Assembly: GCF_001194135.2 (NCBI RefSeq)
Contig: NC_068989.1
Coordinates: 6,983,149 to 7,047,148 of the forward strand
DNA from: Octopus bimaculoides
Lineage: Eukaryota
Direction of reading: 5' to 3'
Length of the DNA: 64,000 nt
Shown piece by piece: positions 12,170-24,515 of the stretch. Position 1 is the stretch's first letter. Every line of letters begins with the position of its first letter. Below the pieces are notes generated by a model that saw only the letters and a program-made list of their open reading frames with translations, did not search any database and had not been told where the DNA came from. The position numbers and the translations under genes were made by a program.

Positions 12170-13375
12170 AAGCAGGAAACCAAATTTTGTATGTGCGAGT
12201 TCAAGTTACAAGGATGACCACATATAGTTTTCTCTTTTATCGGTTTCAAATTTTTAAAAAGAATCAAATAAATAAGATCGACTCCGGTTGAATTTGAACT
12301 CAGAGTGTATAGCTTGAAAAAAATGAGGCAAAGGATATTACTCGGGTGGTAACGTTTCCGCCAGATCGCTTCCACAGTATTTTAGTCTTATTAGCAATTC
12401 CGTGAGGTTTAAAGAAAATCGGTGAGCTGACAGAATCGATCGGCAAAATTCTTAGTAGCATTTCTTCCGATTATCTTTGATTTTTTTTATCTTCTGTTTG
12501 CTTCAGTAATTGAACTACGGCCATGCTGGGGCACCGCCTTAGTTCAGTTCTTGGTGCTTATTCCGTCGTCGTGGAGGCTCATAGCTTTAGCTTAGTGGTT
12601 AGGGATGTTGGACTCATGATCGTGAGACTGTGGTTTCGATTCCCGGACCAGGCGATGCATTGTGTTCTTGAGCAAGACACATCATTTCACGTTGCTCCAG
12701 CCCACTCAGCTGGCAAAAATGAGTAACCCGCCAGGTGGGGAATATACTCGCCATGGAAACCGGGAAACCGGTCCTTATGAATCTATATGACTCGGGAAGG
12801 AACTTTCCTTTTTTTTTTATATATATTATTATTTCATCATCTCTTTTTACCGAACCGCTAAATTACGGGGTGATAAGTTGTGGGGACGTAAACAAACCAG
12901 CACCGGTTTTCAAAGAGTGGAGGGAATGAACACAAAAACAGACACAAACTCACACACACATATATATATGTAGACGATCAGCTTCTTTCAGTTTCCGTCT
13001 ATCAAATCCACTCACAAGGCCTTGGTTGACCCAGGGCTATAGCAGAGGACACCTACCCAAGGTGCCACGCAGTGGAACTGAACCTGAGATCACGTGGCTG
13101 GAAGGCAAGCTTCTTACTACGCAGCCTGTTCTTCACGTTCTGAGTTCAAATCCCGCCGAGGTCAACCTTGTTTGTCTTCCCTTCGTGGTCGATTAAATAA
13201 AGTTCCAGTCTAGCACTGGAGTCGATGTATTCGACTTGTTTCCCCAACTCCCTTCAAAATTGCTAGCCTTGGACCCTGCTACCACTCGGCCTCCAATTCC
13301 GAGGGAATATCGTGACCTTGGCCATTTATACGCCAGGGAAACAAGAAAACCGGTCTTATGAGTCATATATTTCAA
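12170..13375. mobile_element. SINE stack: A(-) 12170-12372; B(-) 12490-13135 interrupted by C(+) 12570-12810; A(+) 13135-13290
   Basis: Each segment matches its family elsewhere in the window; the B tail breaks at ..ggtgcttattcc and resumes at ..tttaccgaaccgctaa. Confidence 0.8.
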
Positions 13376-13599
13376 AGAGAAATCGAAGAAATGTGATTTT
13401 CAATATAAATTCAATTATTGAGTACAAGAAAGGCGCGAGGGATTTTACAAGTGTGAGTGCTCCATGTTAAATTTAAGCACAAGGGGATATGAAATTTTAA
13501 GCAAAAATTCGCAAGTGCTTGGGAAAGAGAAATAGAAAGATTAGGAAGCAGAAATAATTGAAGAGATAAACAGAGATGATCCATCCAGAAGACAGTCGG

Positions 13600-13734
13600 T
13601 GCAGTCATGGCTGGATGGTTAAGAAGCTCGTTTTGAAGTCATGTGGTTTCGGGTTCAGTCCCACTACGCGGCACCTTGGACAAGTGACTTTTGTTATAGC
13701 CCCGGGTCACCAATTTCTTGTGAGTGAATTTGAA

Positions 13735-13735
<1 letters not shown>
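13600..13735 (+). mobile_element. SINE family B, 5' half
   Basis: catggctggatggttaagaagc..gggttcagtcccactacgcggcaccttggacaagtgactttt. Confidence 0.75.
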
Positions 13736-13766
<31 letters not shown>

Positions 13767-13920
13767 AAAAGAAGAAGAAGACAAGGGGGGAGGAGAGTGG
13801 AGATGAGCGGAGGAGAGTGGAGATGAGCGGAGGAGAGTGGAGATGAGCGGAGGAGAGTGGAGGGGAGCGGAGGAGGAGGAGAAAGAGAAGGAGAAGAAGA
13901 AGAAGAAGAAGAAGAAGAAA
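13735..13920. repeat. (GAA)n plus a 20-bp minisatellite (AGGAGAGTGGAGATGAGCGG)x~4
   Basis: Unit repeated directly at 13791-13873, flanked by (GAA)n. Confidence 0.9.
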
Positions 13921-14479
13921 CGCGAAAGCAAGAAGAAAATCTGACAAAAAATATAAAGCAAAAACGGAAAATAGATTTAAATGAAGTAGTATTAGCCAAT
14001 ATTTTTTTTATTTTTTCTAAATAACGATTTAAAAAATTACCGCAAAAGAAAAAAGAAAGAATCAAATGATACATAATTTAAGAAAATGGTGGAATATATA
14101 TTAGAAAGGAAGAGATTATCTGTAGAAGAAGAGCCAAGGCAAAAGGAGCAACGAAGAGCAACAGCAACAACAACAACAGCAACAGCAAAAATAATAATTA
14201 ACAGCGAAACTACTAAGAAACAAAGAAAGGAGAAATTGAAACCCTCCACACCCTTGAAATAATAAATGAATATAAATGAATAAGAGAATTAGGAAAAAAT
14301 GAATGAAGAACGAATAAATCGATAGCATACATATAGAAGTAGAAATATAAAATTTTAAAAAATATATATTATGAAATAAAAAAAAAAGTGAAATGATTAA
14401 AAGAAGAAGAAAAACAAAAATAAAGCAAAAAATGTATTTCAAATCGGCTTTGATATTCGAAATCTTCGATATCCTCTAC

Positions 14480-14492
14480 TGACGACGACGAC

Positions 14493-14531
<39 letters not shown>

Positions 14532-16170
14532 AATGATGATGATGATGACGACGATGATGATGACGATGATGACGATGACGATAATGATGACGATGATGAT
14601 GGTGATGATGATGATGATGATGATGAAGATGACGATGATGATGATGATGACGATGACGATGATGATGATGACGATGACGATGGTGGTGGTGATGGTGNNN
14701 NNNNNNNNNNNNNNNNNNNNNNNNNNNNNNNNNNNNNNNNNNNNNNNNNNNNNNNNNNNNNNNNNNNNNNNNNNNNNNNNNNNNNNNNNNNNNNNNNNNN
14801 NNNNNNNNNNNNNNNNNNNNNNNNNNNNNNNNNNNNNNNNNNNNNNNNNNNNNNNNNNNNNNNNNNNNNNNNNNNNNNNNNNNNNNNNNNNNNNNNNNNN
14901 NNNNNNNNNNNNNNNNNNNNNNNNNNNNNNNNNNNNNNNNNNNNNNNNNNNNNNNNNNNNNNNNNNNNNNNNNNNNNNNNNNNNNNNNNNNNNNNNNNNN
15001 NNNNNNNNNNNNNNNNNNNNNNNNNNNNNNNNNNNNNNNNNNNNNNNNNNNNNNNNNNNNNNNNNNNNNNNNNNNNNNNNNNNNNNNNNNNNNNNNNNNN
15101 NNNNNNNNNNNNNNNNNNNNNNNNNNNNNNNNNNNNNNNNNNNNNNNNNNNNNNNNNNNNNNNNNNNNNNNNNNNNNNNNNNNNNNNNNNNNNNNNNNNN
15201 NNNNNNNNNNNNNNNNNNNNNNNNNNNNNNNNNNNNNNNNNNNNNNNNNNNNNNNNNNNNNNNNNNNNNNNNNNNNNNNNNNNNNNNNNNNNNNNNNNNN
15301 NNNNNNNNNNNNNNNNNNNNNNNNNNNNNNNNNNNNNNNNNNNNNNNNNNNCACCACCACTATCACTATACCCCAACTCCACCACCACCACCGCCATCAC
15401 CACCACTACCACTACCACCATCACCACACCCCAACTCTACCACCCCTACCACTATCATCACCGCCGCCCCACCATCAAGTCACTACCGTTACCACCACTT
15501 CCACCACCATTACAAACACCACCGCCACATCCGTCACCATACATACACTCACTGCTATAACCACCTCCACCATCGCCCCTACGACTACAAACACCACCAC
15601 CATCATTACAAGCACATGCACAGCCAGAGACAGCACCCCCGCCAACCACGACCACCACCACAACTGTTGATACTCTATATGTATTAAACAAAATATATAA
15701 AATGACTGGATGGTCACCGATGGATTGGTTTTGACAATGGGTGTGATGAAACAAACAAGAACATGAACAGCAACCACCTGTATGTACCATTGCCACTACC
15801 ATTGTTGTCATCAACCCCCACCACCAACACCACCACCATCATCATCAGTAACACCACCGCCACCATCAATACAATGATCAGCTACATCACTAAGAAAACC
15901 AGCGCTCCCACCGTTACCTCCACCACTACAAGGAGCACCACCGCTAACGCCAAGTCCACCGCCACCATCACAATGAGCATTAATACCATTACGACCATCG
16001 TCAGCACCAGAATTGATACCAATGCCATCACCATCCTTACCAAACACTACAACCATTGCTCCATCATCAGAGGATCGCTACCGCCATGACCACCACAACT
16101 ATCGCTGGAGCCACTGCTTCTCCAGATACACATCAAGCGCTTAGTGCCAAATCGCCATCATCTACCAACC
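14480..16170. repeat. (GAT)n, a gap, then a degenerate (CAC/CAT/ACC)n low-complexity tract
   Basis: Direct runs; N-gap 14698-15351; the Thr- and His-rich ORFs are translations of the repeat. Confidence 0.85.
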
Positions 16171-16264
16171 ACCTACAGCACTGCTAGAAACAAAAGTCAA
16201 ATACTTCTCTCAAACTAAATGTCTTAGAAATGGGAAGGGCAAATTATGTAATGCAATCCATGCA

Positions 16265-16590
16265 ATTGGCCCTCCGTCGGTTTCGACGACGAGTGCTCCA
16301 GGTGACGCGATCAACGGAACATCTGCTTGTGAATCTAACGTGCAAGTGGCTGAACACTCCGCAGACACGCGTACCCCCTTAACGTAGTTCTTAGAGTGAC
16401 TCAGCGTGATACAGAATGTAACAATTTTGGCCGTTTTGAATTACAGGTACAACTGACTTTTGTCTGCAGAGTGGACTGGAGCAACGTGAAATAAAGTATC
16501 TTGCTCAAGGACACAGTGCGCTACCTGGTATCGAACTCACGACCTAACGATCGAGAGCCACATACTCTGACCACTGAACCACGCACCTTC
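16265..16590 (-). mobile_element. SINE family C with CORE-like centre, near full length
   Basis: Minus strand: head ggtgcgtggttcagtggtcagag..gagttcgatacc, tgtgtccttgagcaagatac, tail ..cactcgtcgtcgaaaccgacggagggcc. Confidence 0.85.
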
Positions 16591-17649
16591 ACTGTTATCA
16601 AAGCTAAACCCCCAAAACAGGAAGGTCACGTATGGATTGTATTTGATTGTAGGATTGATACATCAGAGTCGACGTGATGTTTAACAACAACAGTTTTCAT
16701 AATCATCACCATCAACCACTTTGAATCAGCCATTGAGAAAGCTTCTATGTGGTCACGCGAAATGCTAGATACGTCAGTTAAATCTCTTTCAAATCCAGAC
16801 CATCCTATCGTTTTCACAAAGGACATATTTAGTTCTTTGGGATCATTGACAGTGCCTGGCCGAAGCTCACACAACACCATTGCTATTCCTCTTTTTTGAG
16901 ATCTATTTCCACGCAAGCCTTGCATTCTCTTTCACAGCTCTTTCACAGATTTCTCTTGCCACTATGCATTCATGTTAAACAAACATTGAGCATGTCTTAA
17001 GGACTTTGTCGGTTTTGGAATCTTCGGCAGATTTACAAACGGGTGCATTATTTGTGCCGCGTTAGTGTTTATAAGAAAGATAACCATAACCATCCTCTTC
17101 TGAGTTCCTTTGACAAAATGATCTTGGAAACCATATGATATATATGTAATCTTCCATACAAGGTGGATTCTTGCTGATGGATCTACAGAAACCATGAACC
17201 GTCACAGACTTAAGATTACAGAAGGCACTTTGTTGTAGCTAATATTATAGCAACAATTTGATTGTGCATGTGACAAAGCTTTTTCTTACATCCTATGGTG
17301 TCCATTTGAAAGCTGACTTGACCAGATATTTAGTTCTTAGGGATTAAATCCATCATCTTGCTCGGCTTTAAATGAAAACCCATGGTCAAACATACAATAA
17401 TGCGCCGATTTATGTATGTTTGGCCTGGAAGGACCTCTTCTTGAATTTCTGTCCGTTTGGAGTTGTAGATGAAAGGAAGGCAGAGTTCTCGTAGATATAC
17501 ATATATCATTGCATCCTGAATTCGTTGATGTAATTATCAAAGGCCACCGGTAAGAATTTAAGGAAGACAGCAAGAGAAACTCAACTCGCTTCTTGTTGCA
17601 TCTATTGATTGCAATCTCATAAATACAGGTACGGGTCTTCTCTCAGAAA

Positions 17650-17813
17650 GAGAGGAGGGGATGAGGGGGGAGAGAAATAGAGAGAGAAAGTGGGGGAGAG
17701 AGAGGAACAGAGATAGGGACAGAGATAGACAGACAGATACATACATACGTACATACATGCATACATACATACATACATACATAGACAGACAGACAGACAG
17801 ACTAGCTGGCAAG

Positions 17814-17860
<47 letters not shown>

Positions 17861-17892
17861 GTAGATAGATAGATAGATAGATAGATAGACAA

Positions 17893-17927
<35 letters not shown>

Positions 17928-17930
17928 CAG
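17650..17930. repeat. (GA)n/(ATAC)n/(ATAG)n/(ACAG)n tetranucleotide cluster
   Basis: Direct runs. Confidence 0.95.
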
Positions 17931-18013
17931 AAGACTATTGCATTGAGAAGAAAACAGACTTAATCTGCTGAGTGATCGCTTACTATTTGTTGAGCGTTTA
18001 TAGATATTCTGCG

Positions 18014-18217
18014 TCATAAGGAACCGTAGCTTAGCAAGGGGTAGTCAGGGGGAAGGTAGGTGGGGGGAGCCTGGGGGGAGAGGTCCGCTTTGGACGACGG
18101 TTCCATAGCGTCGACGCTTTTGAGCCTGTTATATGAGCCTGAGTCAACTGTATAAGCCCTGGGGATAAGGATGACAAATTCAAAGATCGCCCCAGGCACA
18201 GCACTCACTATATAGCT
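18014..18217 (-). CDS. Candidate terminal exon in a GC-rich island (..EPSSKADLSPQAPPTYLPPDYPLLSYGSL*)
   Basis: Open frame of about 67 codons with a possible acceptor actgcgcag, a hydrophobic start and two PPxY motifs; no homology recognised. Confidence 0.2.
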   Translation of the reverse strand, partial: SYIVSAVPGAIFEFVILIPRAYTVDSGSYNRLKSVDAMEPSSKADLSPQAPPTYLPPDYPLLSYGSL

Positions 18218-18324
18218 GCGCAGTTGATATTAGATTGGCCCGAATGCGTTGCGTTCAACACATGTCAAAACCACATTCTTCTCATCAACAGCGCTCTCTT
18301 CTCCATCATTCGTCAACAACTATT

Positions 18325-18441
18325 TTTCTTTAATCTTCTTCTTCTTCTTCTTCTTCTTCTTATCATTATTATTATTATTACTATCCCTCTTCTTCCACTT
18401 CTTCTCTTCTTTCTACTCCCCTCTTTCTTCTCCTCCTTCCT

Positions 18442-18472
<31 letters not shown>

Positions 18473-18860
18473 TTATTATTATTATTATCCATCTTCTTCT
18501 TATTATTATTATTATCCATCTTCTTCTTATTNNNNNNNNNNTATTATTATTATTATCCATCTTCTTCTTCTTATTATTTTTATCCATCTTCTTCTTTTCT
18601 TCTTTCTACTCCCCTCTTTCTTCTTCTTCTTCTTCTTCTTCTTCTTCTTCTTCTTCTTCCTCCTCCTCTTCTTCTTTTTCTCCTTCTCCTTCTCCTTCTC
18701 CTTCCATTTCTTCTCCTTCCATTTCATCTTCTTCTTCTTCTCCTTCTCCTTCTTCTCCTCCTCCTTCTTCTTCTTCCATTTCTTCTTCTTCTTCCATTTC
18801 ATCTTCTTTTTCTTCTTCTTCTTCTTCTTCTTCTTCTTCTTCTTCTTCTTCTTTTCTTTC
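18325..18860. repeat. (CTT)n/(ATT)n low-complexity tract
   Basis: Direct runs, with a 10-N gap at 18532-18541. Confidence 0.95.
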
Positions 18861-19269
18861 CATTCAAATAGCTCATTTAATGCTCGTTAAGAACAATGCA
18901 ATTTCTTCGATCCAACAGAAATTAAACCAAAAAAAGGTAACAAATACCCCCCCCCCCCTACTTATCGTTTAATCGAAAGCAATTTTTTAGTGGGATGAAG
19001 CAATTTTTTTTCAAGGATTTTCACTTTCATTTCTTAATTTTTAGTTTAGTTCAAGTTTTTTTTGTGTATATTTTGTTTCTTTTTTTTTTGTTTTAGTATC
19101 TAGGAGATGAGGGTAGTTTGTCGGGTGCTGGGGAGGGGTTGTTATTAAGATGTTTGAAAATTTCCTTAATTATTTCATTTTTCTCTTCTTGTTTCTTTAC
19201 AAAGTGCGCAGCGAACAAAACGACTAACAACAACAACACCAACAACACCAACAACACCAACAAACATGA

Positions 19270-19525
19270 TCAAGGATAAGAAGAAGGATGCTGACGACGA
19301 TGACGATGATTGGTGATGAGGACGATGCTAAAGATGGTGACGACGAGACAACAATGACGATGGATGACCATGACGAAGATGATGATGATGATGATGATGA
19401 TGATGACGACGACGACGACGAATATGATGATGATGATGACCATGACGAAGATGATGAGGAGGAGGAGGAAGAGGAGGAGGAGGACGGCGATGATGACGAC
19501 GATGATTATAATGATGATGATGAAT
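19270..19525. repeat. (GAT/GAC/GAG)n tract
   Basis: Direct runs. Confidence 0.95.
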
Positions 19526-19529
19526 CGAC

Positions 19530-19682
19530 CCGAGTACTTATTTATTTTTTTAAGCCTGGTATTTATTCTATCGATCTTTAGCCGAACTGCTAAGTTACGG
19601 GGACGTAAACAAGCCAGCACCGGTTATCAAGTGGTGGCAGAGTGAACAAACACAGACACAAAGACACACACACATAGATATA

Positions 19683-19725
<43 letters not shown>

Positions 19726-19759
19726 ACACACATACATACATACATACAGACAGACAGAC

Positions 19760-19813
<54 letters not shown>

Positions 19814-19985
19814 CTACAACGGGTTTCTTTCAGTTTTCATCTATCAAATCCACTCACAATTCTTTGGTCGGCCCGAAGCTATACGAAGACACTTGTCCAA
19901 GGTGCTCCGCAGTGGAACTGAACCCGGAACTATGTGTTTGGGTAGCAACTTTCTTACCACACAGCTACGCCTGTTTACACAGGTT
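19530..19985 (-). mobile_element. SINE family B with an expanded internal microsatellite
   Basis: Head and CORE-like block at 19870-19975, internal (TG)n(ATAC)n(AGAC)n(ATAG)n at 19670-19815, tail at 19530-19665. Confidence 0.85.
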
Positions 19986-21870
19986 TAACCCACCAGTGTT
20001 GTTTCTGTTGTGTTTTTGCATACCCCATGTCTTAGTGGTGCCAAATCGAAAGCTCACACTTGAGAGCGAAACAATTGCGTGATCTCTTCTGAAAACGTCA
20101 CTTTATATCGATGAATTATCTGCGAAAGGGTTACTGTGACCGCGCTGGTTGGCTTTGATACGCGGAAACTGTTTACTGGTTTGGTATAAGATTCGTTCAT
20201 CGAAGAAATGCTGCTGGCGTTAAATGGACACTGCCGCGACTCGTGCACATTCCGACGAAACGACAGACGATCAATCTATCCGCTCTCCCGCAGTTACTTG
20301 ACAGTCTGGGATTAAAACAAACACAACTAGCATCGTAGGAAAGATGGAAAGTCTTGTAATATAATAGCGTTGCATTCATTGACAGGAAACAAGATAATTA
20401 TGGTATAATTATGCCAAGAATATGTTTACAAAAGACGCCAGACATATATTAGAAAGAAATAAAATTACATAGAAAACCCAGCCAGAGGTAAACATGTGAG
20501 AATAAAAATGAAAATAGTGGAGCAAAAATAAAATACACACACAATCAAAAACAAGACATTTTTGTTATTATAACTATCATTATGTTTCCTCTAACAGACA
20601 TGTTGTTTTTCACACCTTATACACTATTTCACATAACATATATTATCTTACGTGATAGCGTTGGATATGTAATACAAATACACTGTCTTTTCGTAATAAT
20701 TACTTTTCAAAAAATTAAAAAAAAAAAAAAGAAAATATCATTATTGAATTTCTATTCCCGATAAGTATTTACAATTTTGGAGGAAGTATAAATTCTAGGT
20801 AGAGATTATGCCATATATCATATTATAGAGTAACTTTATCTACTTATTCGTCTCCTTCTTCGCCTATGTAATCAATATACATNNNNNNNNNNNNNNNNNN
20901 NNNNNNNNNNNNNNNNNNNNNNNNNNNNNNNNNNNNNNNNNNNNNNNNNNNNNNNNNNNNNNNNNNNNNNNNNNNNNNNNNNNNNNNNNNNNNNNNNNNN
21001 NNNNNNNNNNNNNNNNNNNNNNNNNNNNNNNNNNNNNNNNNNNNNNNNNNNNNNNNNNNNNNNNNNNNNNNNNNNNNNNNNNNNNNNNNNNNNNNNNNNN
21101 NNNNNNNNNNNNNNNNNNNNNNNNNNNNNNNNNNNNNNNNNNNNNNNNNNNNNNNNNNNNNNNNNNNNNNNNNNNNNNNNNNNNNNNNNNNNNNNNNNNN
21201 NNNNNNNNNNNNNNNNNNNNNNNNNNNNNNNNNNNNNNNNNNNNNNNNNNNNNNNNNNNNNNNNNNNNNNNNNNNNNNNNNNNNNNNNNNNNNNNNNNNN
21301 NNNNNNNNNNNNNNNNNNNNNNNNNNNNNNNNNNNNNNNNNNNNNNNNNNNNNNNNNNNNNNNNNNNNNNNNNNNNNNNNNNNNNNNNNNNNNNNNNNNN
21401 NNNNNNNNNNNNNNNNNNNNNNNNNNNNNNNNNNNNNNNNNNNNNNNNNNNNNNNNNNNNNNNNNNNNNNNNNNNNNNNNNNNNNNNNNNNNNNNNNNNN
21501 NNNNNNNNNNNNNNNNNNNNNNNNNNNNNNNNNNNNNNNNNNNNNNNNNNNNNNNNNNNNNNNNNNNNNNNNNNNNNNNNNNNNNNNNNNNNNNNNNNNN
21601 NNNNNNNNNNNNNNNNNNNNNNNNNNNNNNNNNNNNNNNNNNNNNNNNNNNNNNNNNNNNNNNNNNNNNNNNNNNNNNNNNNNNNNNNNNNNNNNNNNNN
21701 NNNNNNNNNNNNNNNNNNNNNNNNNNNNNNNNNNNNNNNNNNNNNNNNNNNNNNNNNNNNNNNNNNNNNNNNNNNNNNNNNNNNNNNNNNNNNNNNNNNN
21801 NNNNNNNNNNNNNNNNNNNNNNNNNNNNNNNNNNNNNNNNNNNNNNNNNNNNNNNNNNNNNNNNNNNNNN

Positions 21871-21939
<69 letters not shown>

Positions 21940-22429
21940 GAAGCATTTCATGAATTATCACGTATGAATTGAGGTATTGCCGGCTTTGTGGCACGAAACA
22001 ATACCACGCCATTGGATTTATGTCGACTTAATGTGTCATTTGGGCTTTGACCGAAGAAGTTGCTAATCCTATTAAGACAGCATTTAATCCAGCGCTATGT
22101 TTGTGATTTATATAATTGAAAGTTGTCATGCAATGCCGATTCGGTTTGTAGCCAGCCAGTGCCACTCTGACCAGAATCACATTACATGTCATGGTTATGA
22201 TTTTGTTTTGTAAATAAAATATTCCTTTGTTTACAAAACCTAATTCATGGCCAATCAAGTATTTCTCATTTCTTCTTATTTATCTGTCACAGAGGATAGC
22301 ATTTCTAATATCTAATTACTCTGCGGAGATAGGTTGGGAACAATTAATTGGTTCGGGTATATTACTGGTGCATGTTTTATCGATTCTTCGAGAATGAAGT
22401 ACGTTATAGAATTTTCAAATGGCAATATA

Positions 22430-22945
22430 AAGGCGGCAAGTTGGCAGGATCGTAACCGTGCCGGACAAAAATACTTAGCAGCATTTCTTTCGATTTTACC
22501 TTCTGAACTGAAGTGCCGAGGGATTAACTTTACCATTCAGCATTTCGGGGTCGATAGGCTCTGCCTTTCAAACTTTCGGAATCGATGGCATCAATTAGGT
22601 TTTTTATATAATCGACTTAATCCGTCCCACAACCGTGCTGGCCTTTGCCAAAATTTGAAACCAACAACGTGAGTAAAGGGACATAACTACTGTTGGTATC
22701 CTACCTATCAGCTCCTAGTATTAAACTATTGATAACATGTTTCAAATTTTGGCGCAAGGCCAGCAACTTCGGAGAGGGTCTAAATCGATTACATCGATCC
22801 CAAAGTTCAACTGGTACATTTTTTATCGATCCCTAAAAGATGAAGTTGATCTCGGCGGAGTTTGAACTCAGAACGTAAAGACGCATGAAATACTGCGAAG
22901 CATTTCGCCCTATGTGCTAAACATTATGCCAGCTCGTCGCCTTAA
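22430..22945. mobile_element. Convergent SINE A pair: + 22430-22560 and - 22740-22945, the latter bordered by (AAT)n
   Basis: aaggcggcaagttggcaggatcg.. on the + strand; ..gaactcagaacgtaaagacgc..ccagctcgtcgcctt then (aat)n to ~23025. Confidence 0.8.
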
Positions 22946-22959
22946 TAATAATAATAATG

Positions 22960-23026
<67 letters not shown>

Positions 23027-23039
23027 TATATGTATATGT

Positions 23040-23445
23040 ATATATATGTATGTATTTGTGTGCCTGTGTTTGTACCCCCACTCCTCCTTGACAACTGATG
23101 TTGATGTGTTTATGTCCCCGTAAACTTAGCTGTTCAGCAATAGAGACCGATAGAATAAGTACTAGGCTCACAAAGAATAAGTCCTGGGGTCGAATTTTTC
23201 GACTAAAGGCGGTACTCCAGCATGGCCGCAGTCAAATGACTGAAACAAGTAAAAAGAGTATATATGTGTATGTGTGTGTATGTATATATACGATGAGCTT
23301 CCGCACAGTTTCCGTCTGCTAAATTCACATGGCTTTCGTTGACCCTGAGCTGTAATTGAAGAATCTTGCAGAATGTGCCGCACAGTGAGACAGAACTTGA
23401 AACTACGTGGTTGCGAAGCGAACTTCCTAACCACATAACCATGCA
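23040..23445. mobile_element. SINE B 3' half (+, 23040-23265) joined to a SINE B 5' half (-, 23290-23445)
   Basis: Near-consensus tail, a short (TG)n, then an oppositely oriented head. Confidence 0.8.
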
Positions 23446-24059
23446 TGTTATTGGTACATGATCTAATTTGAATTCATTTGATGTATTATAAGATACGAAA
23501 CATACGATTATTCGAAATAACATTTAAAGAAAATAGTAAGCTGAAGTATGTGAAGATATGATGAAGATATATTCAAGGTGAAAAGAATATAGATTGATAT
23601 GCGTGATAAGACGCAACAAAATATAAGATTATTCACCAGAATTAATGGCCGACAAGTGTTGTTTTGCGTTGGTGTGAATCTATTTAGAAATAAGGTGCAG
23701 TGCTATTTTAAAATTTATTTCATTTTGTACAACACTAACACGCATTGAAAGTTTAATATCTATTTCAGTCTAAGGAAGACTAACGCACGCATACATGTCG
23801 TCTGCGTCTTTCTGTAGTAAAATATAAGATTAGATAAGATAGGATAACGGGCAATGTAAGAGAAGAGAAACCCGAATAAGGGGGTAAAAAACCAACATGG
23901 AAGACATTGAGTACACGAGTCATTCAGTATGATTTTTCGTACATGCTGCGTACTCACATGTTCTATCAATCAGCCTAATATTTCTTAAAGCTCTCCCAGG
24001 TAACTCTTGAAAAAAGCGATCAGGTGTTTTGAGTCTCAAAACAATATACCGATAAAAGC

Positions 24060-24515
24060 AAGATGGCGACCTGGCAGAATCGTTGGCACGCCGGGAAAAA
24101 TGCTTAGCAGCATGCCATCCGTCTTTACGTTCTGAATTCAAATTCCGCCGAGGGTGACCTTGCCTTTCATCCTTTCGGGGTCAATAAAATAGATACCAGT
24201 TGAGCACTGGGGTTGATGTGATCGACTTATCTTCTCTCTCCGATTTTTGAAGATCTAATCATAGCATTGTCTATCTTTTTGGGAGGGATTAATATTAATA
24301 GCGGTTTCAAATTTTCGCAGCAGGCAGCCATTTTAGGGTTGCGAGTCAGTTGATATCATTGACTCCAGTTTTCGACTGATACTTATTTTATCGATCCCGA
24401 AATGATGAAAGGCAAAGTCGACTCCGGCAACATTAGAACTCAGAACGTATAGCCGGAAGAAATGCCGCTAAGCATTTTGTCCGGTGCGGTAACGATTCCG
24501 CCAACTCGCCGCCTT
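24060..24515. mobile_element. Convergent SINE A pair: + 24060-24245 and - 24300-24515
   Basis: Both copies carry the head, B box and central block, about 55 bp apart. Confidence 0.85.
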
